In this document: positions 13,184 through 24,521 of the stretch, one piece after another | Layout of the letters: each line of letters starts with the position of its first letter | How positions within the stretch are numbered: position 1 is the first letter of the stretch | Origin: Anthoceros angustus | Taxonomy: Eukaryota > Plantae > Anthocerotophyta | NCBI GenBank assembly: GCA_010909165.1 | Contig: VJWM01000202.1 | Coordinates: forward strand, 186,001 to 250,000 | Direction of reading: 5' to 3' | Length of the DNA stretch: 64,000 nt | Program-made: the position numbers and the translations under genes | The notes under the pieces: model-generated | Seen by the model: the letters and a program-made list of their open reading frames with translations, nothing else | What the model was told of the DNA's origin: nothing | Database searches by the model: none

Positions 13184-13532
13184 TGTGGTGCCTTGCTCCT
13201 AGGTGGCCCCATTGGTGGGTCATACGCTAGGTAGCATCGTTGAATCCTTGTGGTGCTCCTTGCTCCTAGGTGGCCCCATTGATGGGTCAAACGGTAGGTA
13301 GCATCGCTGAATCCTTGTGGTGCTCCTTGCTCCTAGGTGGCCCCATTGGTGGGTCAAATGGTAGGTAGCATTGCTGAATCCTTGTGGTGCTGCTTGCTCC
13401 TAGGTGGCCCCATTGGTGGGTCAAATGGTAGGTAGCATCAAATCGGTGAATCCTTGTGGTGCTCCTTGCTCCTAGGTGGCCCCATTAGTGGGTCAAACGG
13501 TAGGTGGCATCATTGAATCCTTGTGGCTCCTT
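13184..13532. repeat. Tandem array, 67 bp unit, about 5 copies
   Basis: Unit tgtggtgctccttgctcctaggtggccccattg.tgggtcaaa.ggtaggtagcatcgctgaatcct; copies start at 13249 and 13316 (67 bp spacing). Confidence 0.92.
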
Positions 13533-13894
13533 CGGGTCCTTTGGAAAGATTCAACTATCCTTCAATCTGTTTTTGACTTGGCATCAGGAAACGTTTGAAG
13601 GCGAACGACCTCCAAACCCATCATTATCTTGACCCCTTTAGACCACCTAATATCTCATTACTTTACCGGTTAAGAACCTATTCCATAGAGCAATCTTAAA
13701 GAAATGCCTACGAGCAGGGAGCATCTAATACTTTCCAAGCCATCCGGCTTCTTACCATCAGGTCTATGATCCGAGTCAGTTTAGATTGCGACACACTAAT
13801 ACATATAGGTTCTCCAGTCCATTGCAGCTTCCTAAGCTCTTGATGCATAGCTCTAACTTTAGTACATGTTTACAAATGCTCGCAAAAGAAGTGT

Positions 13895-15625
13895 ATGTGG
13901 AGACTTTATAAAAAGAACGAGATGGGAAACCCCATCTACCTTGAGGCGAAAGGGGACAATCCACGATGGGGCTCCAGGAGGGGAGGGCGTGCCCCGCTGG
14001 CCCTATAACCCCAACCGCCCCAAGATGTCGCCGTCCAAGATAGGGAAGGGCCTACTTACCATTGGTGCCGCCGATGTCGCGTCTCCAACACTCATGATCG
14101 TCCTAAAGATGGCGTTGGCCAACGCCCTTTGCAAGGCGATGGAAAGGCGTTGCCTGAAATATGCCATGACACTGGAAAGGGGGAGGCCAACCCCGCCCCT
14201 GTCATTGTGGTAGGCCCTTGCGCACTCCTTGATGAAACGAGGAAAAACCTTACCCAAGGCCCATGGGTTTCAATGGCAAGGGGGATAAAAATGCGACCTT
14301 GCTGAATGCAGTACTTGTAAATTCTCTTAGTTGCGCTCCCTTCTGCTACCCGACCTGGAGGGTTGATGATGACATGGTCACTAACAGAATCTCTGGTTGG
14401 GTCAGTGGCAACCACATCTGCAACCGAGACCTCATCCCTCGCATCAAGAGAAGGTCAGCTCTGATAGAGACGCCATTGAGCAGAGTATACTGCCGCTCCT
14501 TGAAAGGGAAATTGATGGGGGCTAAGATGATCCCAGAATTGCTCATTGAGCTGGATGGCAATGCTGCGGCTAACAAGATGTAGGAATGCCTCTCCCACGG
14601 CGATAGGGCGCACCCCCAATGTGGGCTTCTCCATACCCAAAAGCCTGCTAGCCCCCAACACCCGTGGAATCCGATGGGGAGTCTCCCCCCACGCCACAGT
14701 CACCGCAAAGATAAAGAGCTCCGAAAAACCACTAGAAGGATTCTCAGGAGAGGAGTAGTCACAAAGGTGATCATAGAGAGTTCCAGAAAGACCCCCAGAA
14801 GAGAGCCGTGGGGTGGTAGTTAAAGCGTGACCAAAAACCACCTTGTCCAAACAGAAGGGCTCCTCAACCGCAAACTCCAAGATATCCGATGGGATGGGAT
14901 ATCTAGAGCCGGGTGAAGGGCCCGAAGAACTGCAATAGTCTCCTCAGACGTCGGAGCCACCAGCTCTGGTCAAAGGGCCCGGGCAGCCCTAGCATACTCG
15001 CATGCGCGACCAAGCAGGAGGCACCTTTTGGAGACACGCCTTCACGGGGTATTGACAAACCTGATCAAGCTTAGCCGACTCTAACCTCAATCGAGTAGCA
15101 TAGCCACCCTGTCCTGAAGAGCTTGCCAGTCCCCGACCTGGAAACGGTGAAGCTGGGAGGCAACCTCCCTGTGACCTGAATTCCCACCTCTAGAGCGACG
15201 AAGACACCATCAGAGAAGAAAAAGGAGAAAAGTCCAGGCTGCTTCATCTTGAGAGTTTTATGCGAGGCGCTCCAAGGGAAGCCTATATGGCAAGCGGACA
15301 TCGTCTTGTAGTTGATGGGGGAGACGTCGGAAAAGGCGGTATCTTGGGGGACGCATATCATAAAGAGCCAAAAGATGATCAAATTGTGCCCACAACCACT
15401 GCCAAAACTCTGGCGGAGGCTCTAGGGAAGCAATCGGATGTGAGGAGGAAGGGGCAGCAATGTCGAAAGATGTAGCCCTCACCTGAGCCTCCCATGCATT
15501 TCGGTCAAAGTCCTTGTGCATCAAGCCCATGTGTCTCTTTGCACCAACAATATCCTTATATAAAATTCCGCAGACGGGGCAAGTAGTGTCCTTCCAGAAG
15601 CGGAAGAAGGAGGCCCCATGGAAAA
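13895..15625 (-). mobile_element. CRE-like (RLE-endonuclease) non-LTR retrotransposon, degenerate and internally deleted
   Basis: Minus-strand remnants: N-terminal C2H2 finger CPVCGILYKDIVGAKRHMGLMH, RT N-terminal motif GVRPIAVGE...HLSPHQF, and RLE region RADL..VADV...FIPLAIETHG...YFRQRLSIALQRALA. Contains stops and frameshifts. The 3' UTR is shared with the 26.9-28.2 kb copy. Confidence 0.8.
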
Positions 15626-15725
15626 TAATATGAAGGAACCTTATCCAAAACTAGGGTGCTCCTCTCTCCAACTTGTTTATCAAATATAGCCGGTATCCGT
15701 CCCTGAACCTGGAAGATCAGCTACC

Positions 15726-16402
15726 GTAAAACCCTAAATATATTGAGCCCCAAATTTGTGAAACCCTAAACCTAGAAGATTAGCTGCCATAAAACCTTAA
15801 ACCTGTGAAACCCTAAACTTGTGGAACCCAAAATTTGTGAAACCCTAAACCTAGAAGATCAGTTGCCGTAAAACCCTAAACCTGTGAAACGCTAAACTTG
15901 TGGAACCCAAAATTTGTGAAACCCTAAACTTAGAAGATTAGCTGCCGTAAAAACCCTACATCTATGAAACCCTATTGGAGCCGACGCAGCAATGTATGGC
16001 AGCCCTTACTCTCAAGCAACGGTAAAGGTGGGGAGTTTTAGTGGGTGAGGGAGTTTTTTCCACATCCCACATAAAGGTGGGGAGTTTTAGTGGGTGAGGG
16101 AGTTTTTTCCACATCCCACATAACCTGCGATGGTATCTAAGTACGTATTCAGATGACCTTGGGAAGAGTATAATCTCTTCCTGTTGGGATGATACGATGT
16201 GATGATACGATGTGTAACATAGGGGAATCAGAACCTTGCTGAAGATTTCTCCCTCGGGATTATTTTGATTTATTTTCAAAATACTAAATTAAAAAAAATC
16301 TATGAAACCCTAAACTTGTGTTTTCCTAAACCTAGAACCCGGCTCCCCGCAAAAACCCTACATCTATAAATCCTAAACTTGTGAAACCCTAAACCTAGAA
16401 CC
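15726..16402. repeat. Degenerate satellite rich in telomere-like AAACCCTAAA motifs, interrupted by an insertion
   Basis: About ten aaaccctaaa-like motifs within roughly 80-bp units (aaaccctaaacctagaagat.agctgcc.taaaaccctaaacctgtg...). Confidence 0.8.
15975..16297 (+). mobile_element. Short retroposed insert (SINE or truncated LINE 3' end) with A-tail and 15-bp target-site duplication
   Basis: ATCTATGAAACCCTA at 15960-15974 and 16298-16312 flanks 323 bp that ends in an A-run. The insert contains an internal duplication of about 48 bp. Confidence 0.7.
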
Positions 16403-16905
16403 TGGCTCACCACCGGCCCTACCGCCACGACATCCCGGGCTCAGTTTCCTACTCGTACATGTGCCATTGCTCCCCAGCATCCTTCCCTAATTGCTCCCTC
16501 CCATGGTCCCTCCGGCATCCAGACTGACCATCTTTGAAGGCCTCCATCACAGCAGTCATCGCATCCCTCACCATAGTAACCTGATGCTGGCAAATAGGCC
16601 ATCCAGCTAGTTAGCTGCGTCTCCTGAGCTCGGGACGTCACACAATGGTTTAGTTTTAAACTATGGAGTCTCCATGTCGCTGCGGAGCTTTCTGCAAGGC
16701 CGAACTTGCATAGAACAAGGAGGTAGAAAAGGGGCTTTCAATAAGGTCAAATTCGCAATGAGCAAGGAGGTGGAAAAAGGAGTTCTGTCTTTTGGGAATA
16801 ACTTCGACGTGAGAAAACAGTTGCACCTATGCGCCTTTACTCCTGGCTAAGGCAGTCACTTCGCAATTCCGGCAACATGAAACAAAGGTTTCAATCCGGG
16901 CTGAG

Positions 16906-19069
16906 CTACAGGACTAGTCGATTGGAATGTTTGCTCAGGAAGTCTGCTGTGAGCTGAGCGAAGGTGGCCTGTTGCTCTTGGGAACTGATGGTGCCAACTA
17001 TGGGACCCTCGAATTCTGCGGTCTGTTCATGGTTCGCGCCTTCCACCACATGGACTTGGGTTGTGTCCTTGTTGAGGAAGGGGGACAAAGGCCGGCCGAC
17101 AAAAAACCTGTCAATGCTGCCGTAAATGAGCACCGCCGGCAGTGGAGAAGACGTGAGGTTAACGGCCACTCGGCCTGCGTGAAGCACCATCGCCTGCACC
17201 TTGCGGGTGTATGATTCATTCTGCAACGACACAAACTCAGTCGCTGCTCCACCTCCTCTAGAGTGGCCGCCCACGGCCCATTTCTCCACCCCGAGGCCTG
17301 CATGTACAGGGATTTACAACGTTTTATAATTAAACAGTAACGCGACTCCACCTTCCGGTGCTTCCTAGGCGCTTCCAGAAACAAACAAGACGAAGCGCCG
17401 ACGAAGTATGTTCATACCTTTGAAAATAGTGCTGTCAATGACAGTGTTCACGTCCGACACTAGTTGAGGTACGTCATCGTCCAGAGAGGTGAAGCGGGAA
17501 GGTTGCTCCAGCAGAACCACCAGATGACCTCGGGCCGCTATTTCAAACGCAATGGGAAAGTAGCCCTGGATAGGGGCTCCCGCTCCTGGAAAGTAAACCA
17601 AGCCTACGCCGTTTTCGATGTTCTCCGGGGCAAACACATACCATGATCTCTGCAAATGCCAACGCCAATGCTGATTCCATGAAAACGTTCCAAGACGACG
17701 ATGGCTACCTCAGAACGAATATTTGGAGAGTAGTAGACTTACAGGAGGTGCCGGAGCTACGGCCGGGGCAGGGTAGCTCTGGAACGTGACCTGATTCCGA
17801 GGGATCCCGGCGGGGTAAGGCTTGGATCCCACGTTGTTAGGGAGCAGCAATGTCTGGTCCCCGAAGGACAGAGCTCGGGCCGTGGCGGCTGGCCACAGCT
17901 GAAACCTAGCAGCCAGCGACTCCTCAAACGCCCGCAGTGCTGCCACGCTGGGGGCTGCCGCCGCTTCCTTGCTGCCTCCTCTTCTCGGAGTGGCTGTGTT
18001 GCCAAGGCAATCGCTGTAGGCGAACCCGAAGTGCGCGGCGTCCAGCAAGGGAGCAACATATGCATCGCCTGCACATGGCGCCACACTCTCAGCGGATTGC
18101 AAAAACTATACGACTTCATCACATTTGCGTGTCATTAAAGCGAATTGCAGCCAATCAAGAGATTGCATCACTCAAATTCGAGGATTTGGACAGGCAAGAT
18201 TCCTTACCGGGAAGCCGGGACGCGAACTTGGCCAGAGAGGAAGGTGGCACAACCGTGTCCTCGCTGCCGTAGTACAAGTACACCCCTGCATTGGAATTGG
18301 CGAGATCTACATCGTCTGGCAGCGGAGACGCCAACAATCCCAGCGCTGTGAACTGGCCCGGCAGCGAAGCCACAAGCTTCGCCGCCAGAGCTCCCGCGCG
18401 TTCCCCGTGGGCCACCACAGCCCACTCCAAGATATCCAGCCGCTCGAACACGACCTCCGTCACCAGCTTCACTTCCGCCCTGTTCAGGATCACGCTATAC
18501 CGTCCCGTCCCAGCCGACGCTGCACCCTTCCACGCAACGAACTCTCGTTTCTCTTTCACACATCACGATCCACTGACTCACAATTCACAAAATCAACGTG
18601 GACTACTCCCACTCCATGCATTGCAGTCATAGTGAATTGCAGCTATGGCGTGCAAAGCAATTTCTTTCATCTGCGGCATGCAACATCCAGTCACTGATGA
18701 ACGACACAGTAGCGTACCTATGGCGTAGGGAGCGTATGCTTCCGGAGCAACATCCAGTTCGGGGAGGAAAAAAATGCCGCGTTTCGCAGGCTGATCGCCG
18801 CTCAGGAGTGAGGCGGACTCCTCCGTGAGGTTGTTGCTGAAGACGTAGTAGCCATAGTGCTCTATTCCCACGATGATCCCCGGGGGAGGCGCGTGCAAGC
18901 TGGCCTTGGCCTCGATGCTGGCCTGACATTGGTACCGCTCTTGGCCGCTAAGTGTTCCAGCAACTGGAGCAGCAGAAGTAGCAGCTCCAGGTCCCAGCAC
19001 CAAAGTTGCCAACAACAAGGCAACGGCTGCTTCCCAAGAGCCGCAGACATGGCATCCCTGCGACGCCAT
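16906..19069 (-). CDS. Secreted protein with two tandem alpha/beta-hydrolase (Abhydrolase_5-like) domains; 6 exons, about 554 aa
   Basis: Exons 19069-18718, 18663-18613, 18519-18208, 18068-17743, 17649-17418 and 17297-16906 join in frame (1665 nt) with GT-AG introns. Signal peptide AAVALLLATLVLG. The C-domain has GLVYFPGAG, GHSRGG, YGSID and GANH. Confidence 0.75.
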
Positions 19070-20110
19070 GGCCACAGCACGCAGCAACCTCCGTTTCCAG
19101 ATGCGAGGATTCTGGACGAGGTCTAAACCAGCTGGCATCTATGCCGGCTTGCTCTCTTGGCCACATCTATGCCGGCTTGCTCTCTTGGCCGCTTCGGTTG
19201 AAATATAAGATGTACTGGTAATCAGGCCGACAACTGGAGACCCGGAGAGGAGGCTCCTGCAACGCATGGCATGATGTCCGACATTGCCGAGGACCTTGGC
19301 AAACAACGGTCTCGAGGATGTGGCGGTTGAGTTAAGGCACCTCAGATTTAGGGCCTTAGACGGCCCCTTGTTCCATTAACCAAGGTTAAGCCTTCCTGCC
19401 TTGTTCTACTTTTTCAGATTTGTTTGCCAAAGAATTGAGCAAGTTGAAGGCAGGCACCAAGTAACGAGAAAAACGAGAAGGCAGGGCCATTTAGGTAAAG
19501 ACGCTATCGTTGCCACATCGCAGCGTTGCAGAACAGACCCTCTGCAGTGCAGTTGACAGCCGGATCACTTGCTTATGACAACGTACGATCCTAGCCACAA
19601 CCAGTCACACGTCGTCCACACTCTCATAGCTACAAGCTTGGAACATCGCTGAGGAGGGTCTAACCCTAAACCCACTGCCAACCATCGCACCAGCAGGTTC
19701 ATCCACTTGATATACAATATGTAGTGTAGCTACAGACTCTGGCGAGGAACGGCACTAGAGTTCAATTCTACATTGAACATCCTGTCAACGGATTAGCATC
19801 CACCCTTTCCACCCGTGTTCAATGCCTCCGACCATGTACTGTGTTGTAATACAAAAATGGAGAAAGAGTTAGAATTTGACGACTCGAAGACTTCTCAACT
19901 CCTTCATTTGAAAACTGTAGACCCATGCAACCCTTTCAACTTACCGGGGATTACCGGAGTTCGGAACACCTGCAAAAAGCAGTTGGAATTACAAGTCTTC
20001 TGCAGATCAATCAAAACCATACTACTTCAGAGGCAGCAGCTGAGTGTGCCGTAAACCGGAAGTACCTCGATGTCGTTGGTACGTACGTGACAACACCGCA
20101 AAATCAAAAT

Positions 20111-23100
20111 CTAGAACCTCACAGGCGATGTCTGTGCAACGAAGGATACAGACAACAAATTAGCTGCATACAAGGGCCGAGTCTCTGAGAAGCGTTCATT
20201 TGTATGACTTACCTTTAAGTTCCAAATATCTGTTGCATATTCCTCGATGGTCCGATCACTACTGAAACGTCCCATTTTGGCTGTACTGATCTGCAACATT
20301 CCAAGACAGCTATGAGATGGGATAATGTGACACGCATGAGACCCCGGCATGACTTTTACAGCGAACAATTACTCTCTCAATTTACACCTACAATGCATCG
20401 TCGCGTCCATTCTGATGTGTTCACAAAGAGATGGTCCACTGCAACCTGTCAATTTTAAACCAGGTCAGCAGCAGCTTACCTTCATTCTAGGAGAAAGGAT
20501 TCACTTTTCAACATTTGACATCGGAAAGCCAAAAAAGGGCACACTGAATCACATGCTCATCGATATATGAAGGCCAGTCATGGTTGAGCAAGTAAAAGTC
20601 GTTCCCATTCAGGAGAGAGTCTAACAATGGTTGGAAGGTGGCAACATCACCAAACATGCCAGACTCGATCAACCGGAACACCTGTACACAAGCACAACAG
20701 TAAGATCTGTCAGCTCAAAGTAGCCGGAATGGAAAGAAATCCTGCTGTCTTCCAAGGCAGCAAGTTTATGGACCATTGACATCACCTGTATTAGGCGCTC
20801 ATCCATTGCGACATCGTGGGCTTTCATAGCAAGTCGAATGCTGTCAGTCTCATCTGCACGAGCTCCAAAAATGAACATATTCGCATTACCAATTGCATCC
20901 GCAATTTCGATATTTGCACCGTCCATAGTACCAATGATCAGTCCACCATTCATGGCAAATTTCATGTTTGACGTTCCACTGGCTTCCATCCCTGCTGTAG
21001 AGATATGCTGAGATATGTCACTGGCTGGAATGACAGCCTGGCCAACCAGAAGTGTGTCAAATTCTCCTGCGGACTTGCTGTCCAAGGTAGGCACTATGAC
21101 AGGGGTGACAAATGAGGCCATGTACCTCAGCAATGGAAACACTGTAGTTCGGGATGAAGACAACCTTCAGCAAATCCCCAACTTCAGGGTCATTATTGAC
21201 CTGTTCAGCAACCCTGAGCCAAGCACATACATCATGACAGCTGTGGCGAACATAGGTGGTTTAACAAGATACCAAAGCGACTTTCGCCTAAGAAGCCAAG
21301 ACAGATAAGTGAAAGCCATGCTCGTCCCTGATAATATTCAGTCACAGCTAGGCATGCCTTGGAAGAATCATTCTTAATGTCTATTTACACTGCTATAGCT
21401 ACGTACCCATTGATGAGATGAATGATGCACTTCGCAAGATAGTAGCCTGGCGCTGCTTTGCCAGCAAAAATGACAACGCGCGGCACCATGGCTGCCACCT
21501 CAGATGCTGTGCTATTCTGTTCCGCACAAGAAATGGAAAATGGTAAGGCATGGAGACCACATTTGGCATCAGAATTCAGCACTCCAATAGGACGTTAACA
21601 GGTTTTGCACCTTGATTGTGTGAAGCCGATGGATAACACTTAAAATATTCAGCAGTTGGCGCTTGTATTCATGAATGCGCTTGATATGTACATCAAACAG
21701 TGCCTTTTCATCAACCTGTGAACGCTCAACACAATCAATCATGCTGAAGACATGCGAATATAACATGGGTTAGGGGACCTGCACAGAAGATATCACGGAA
21801 TGAACCGTACCTCCACTCCAACTAACCGCCTGATAAGATTGGCCAACCGTCTTTTATTCTGGAGCTTTGCATTTTGCCACTCCCTTTGCAACTCCACTTT
21901 TGTGGAAAACCTCAACAACCCCTATAAACAAGGGCCAGCTCAGTCCAATTTAACCTCTTCAAGTGATCAGCTGAGAGACAGAGACAGCTATGGTAACCAC
22001 ATGAAGGGATGTCATTCAAGATAATCACATGTAGGAGATCAAGCCTTGAGATCCAGCGATCTGTCTCAAGCCATTTGCTTATGACCTGATCCAGATAATT
22101 GTTGACGGTCAGATAGCTGGAATTCAGGCAATGCAGATGCTTGCTTAGAAATCTAGGTTTCCTGCATGTGTTCAGTACCTGACTCAAACAAGGATTGGCG
22201 ATGTGGATCCACCTGCGAGGGGTTACTCCATTCGTTTTATTTTGGAACTTACCGGGTGTGAGCTCCACAAACGCAGGGAATAGACGAGTTTTAACCAGGC
22301 CAGAATGTATTTCTGCAACACCATTTACTGTATGAGACCCGACCGTTGCGAGAATAGCCATCCGAACCATCTTCGGATAACTTTCCTCAATAATGCTCAT
22401 CTTGCCAAGTCTTTCCGAGTCCTCTCCCCATTTATTCTTCACTGCCTGCAAAGTAACACGTTAGGAAACTAAACGCAGATGCAACATAAAGTGGTGTCCC
22501 AACATGCAGAGACAATACCTGCAGGTGACGGTAGTTGATTTCATATATTATTTGCAGGTGACGAGGAAGCAATATTTCAAAAAGAGGGACAGACCACTTT
22601 TCCAGTGCTTCTGGAAGAATCGTGTGATTTGTATATGCAAAGGTTCTAGTTGTAATTGACCAAGCATCATCCCACTCCATATGCTGCACATCACCAAACC
22701 AGATTTAGACAATGGGTGGCAACATGACGTCCTCCCACGGCTGGTCAAGAATGACACACCTCTTCATCCAGTAAAAGTCGCATAAGCTCTGGAATTGCGA
22801 TAGTTGGATGAGTGTCATTTAGTTGCACCGCAACCTTTGTGTGCAACTCCTGCAGACTTCTACCTGTCGCCTTGTATCTAGAGACTATATCCTGAGAATG
22901 AGTCAACCTTAGTGCAATTCAAATCCTCCCTCAATATAAACTTTTCTTCCGATTGACAATCACAAAACTGCAGAGTACATTGAACAGGAGAGGAAGCTAA
23001 ACCTACAGCTTACTTGCAGACTGGCTGAAACAAAGAAGAATTGCTGCTTCAAACGCAATTCCTTGCCTGCATCAGTATTATCATTGGGGTAGAGTACGCT

Positions 23101-24521
23101 GCTTATTGCCTCAGCTCGGTCTCGGGCCTGGACAGCTAGGGTGTGCTGTCCAGCGTTGAATGCTTGGAGATTGAATTCCTCAGACGGTCGACTGCACACA
23201 ACTTGTAACCAGTTAGTCGAGAAGCAACAGGCCTTTTCCTAACTTCATGCTGGTAGATTGAACTAGGCTACCTGTCCCAAAGCCGCAGTGTGTTGGTGTT
23301 ATATGTACCATATCCTGGAACGGGAGTGTCATATGCCACTGCTCTGATCACCTCACCTCCTTCCCAGTCAAACCGCACACCGCTACCACTTGTTGAGCAT
23401 GTTACCGTCCCATAAAATCTTACTGGGTACTGCACATTAATACGCTCTATCTCCCATGGGTTCCCATCTTTCAGCCAATAATCTGGTTTCTCAACTTGCT
23501 TGTTTTCCATGATTGTCTGTTCAAACAAGCCGTATTTATAACGGATTCCATACCTGCAGTCAGAGGTTCCTTATCAGTCGCAGAACGTAACAACAACATT
23601 TTGAGATGACCAGCTATGGCAGCCCCAACACAACAAGCCACGTTCTCAAGCTAAGCAGCAGGAATATTTTGGCAAAGATGTACATAGGGAGAACAAACCC
23701 AGAAACAGCTGCACCCACCCCCAGGCAGGGTAGTTGAGTGTTGCCAACGAGTCCAGGAAGCATGCTGCGAGACGACCAAGACCCCCATTTCCAAGACCGG
23801 GGTCCTTCTCCTCCTCTGCCTACAGCTTTGACAAGTCAAGTCTGTGCCAGGGAAGCCTTCCAACTTGAAGATAAACCTGATGCATTGCTTACCGTTTCCT
23901 CAAGAACATAGCCTAGGCGCTTCAACACCTCCGAGTAGGGACCCTGCCATGCCAGGGAGGGGTTTAGCCCAAATCATGGTTTACAAAGAAGGCTCAAGAC
24001 TAGGGTTAGAGTGCAATGTACGAAAGCAACATGGTGCTCTCGACTACATACCTGCACACCGAGATTCGAGATCGCATTCAGAAGCGTTCGTCCCATCAAA
24101 AACTCCAGCGACAGGTAGTAAACTCTCTTGTCATCCTGCAAAACAGGTAAACGGTCTCACCAACTTTGGCTCCACACACCGATATGCTCCATCCCCGAAC
24201 TTTTGTGGCAAAGAATTGCCGTACAAGAGGACAGGAAAGTGACACCTGCTGTGCATAATGTAGCTCCGTATCAATCCAGCGCTCGATAAGGTGATCCCTC
24301 ACACTTTGCGCCGTAGCTCGGTACAGAACTGGGGGAGTGAGAGGGGCCGCACGATGAGCGAGCGTGATATGCGTGTGGTACAGCAACGACTGCTGCAGCG
24401 TGTCATCTTCCTCCCCCGCCTGCGCCACAGGCCTGGGCGGCACGGTGATGGCATCTCCATTGCTCACATGGTGCTGGTGCTGGTCCCGGGAGCGCTGGCT
24501 GCCCCTCTGGTGGCTGGCCAT
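20111..24521 (-). CDS. Alpha-1,4-glucan (glycogen/starch) phosphorylase, multi-exon, no evident transit peptide
   Basis: Exon translations: [82 protein letters not shown], the PLP site [10 protein letters not shown], and [11 protein letters not shown]. Confidence 0.93.

Noticed and set aside
13184-13532. Regularly spaced repeat that could be mistaken for a CRISPR array
   Set aside because: Whole units are repeated with no unique spacers, there are no cas genes, and the context is eukaryotic.
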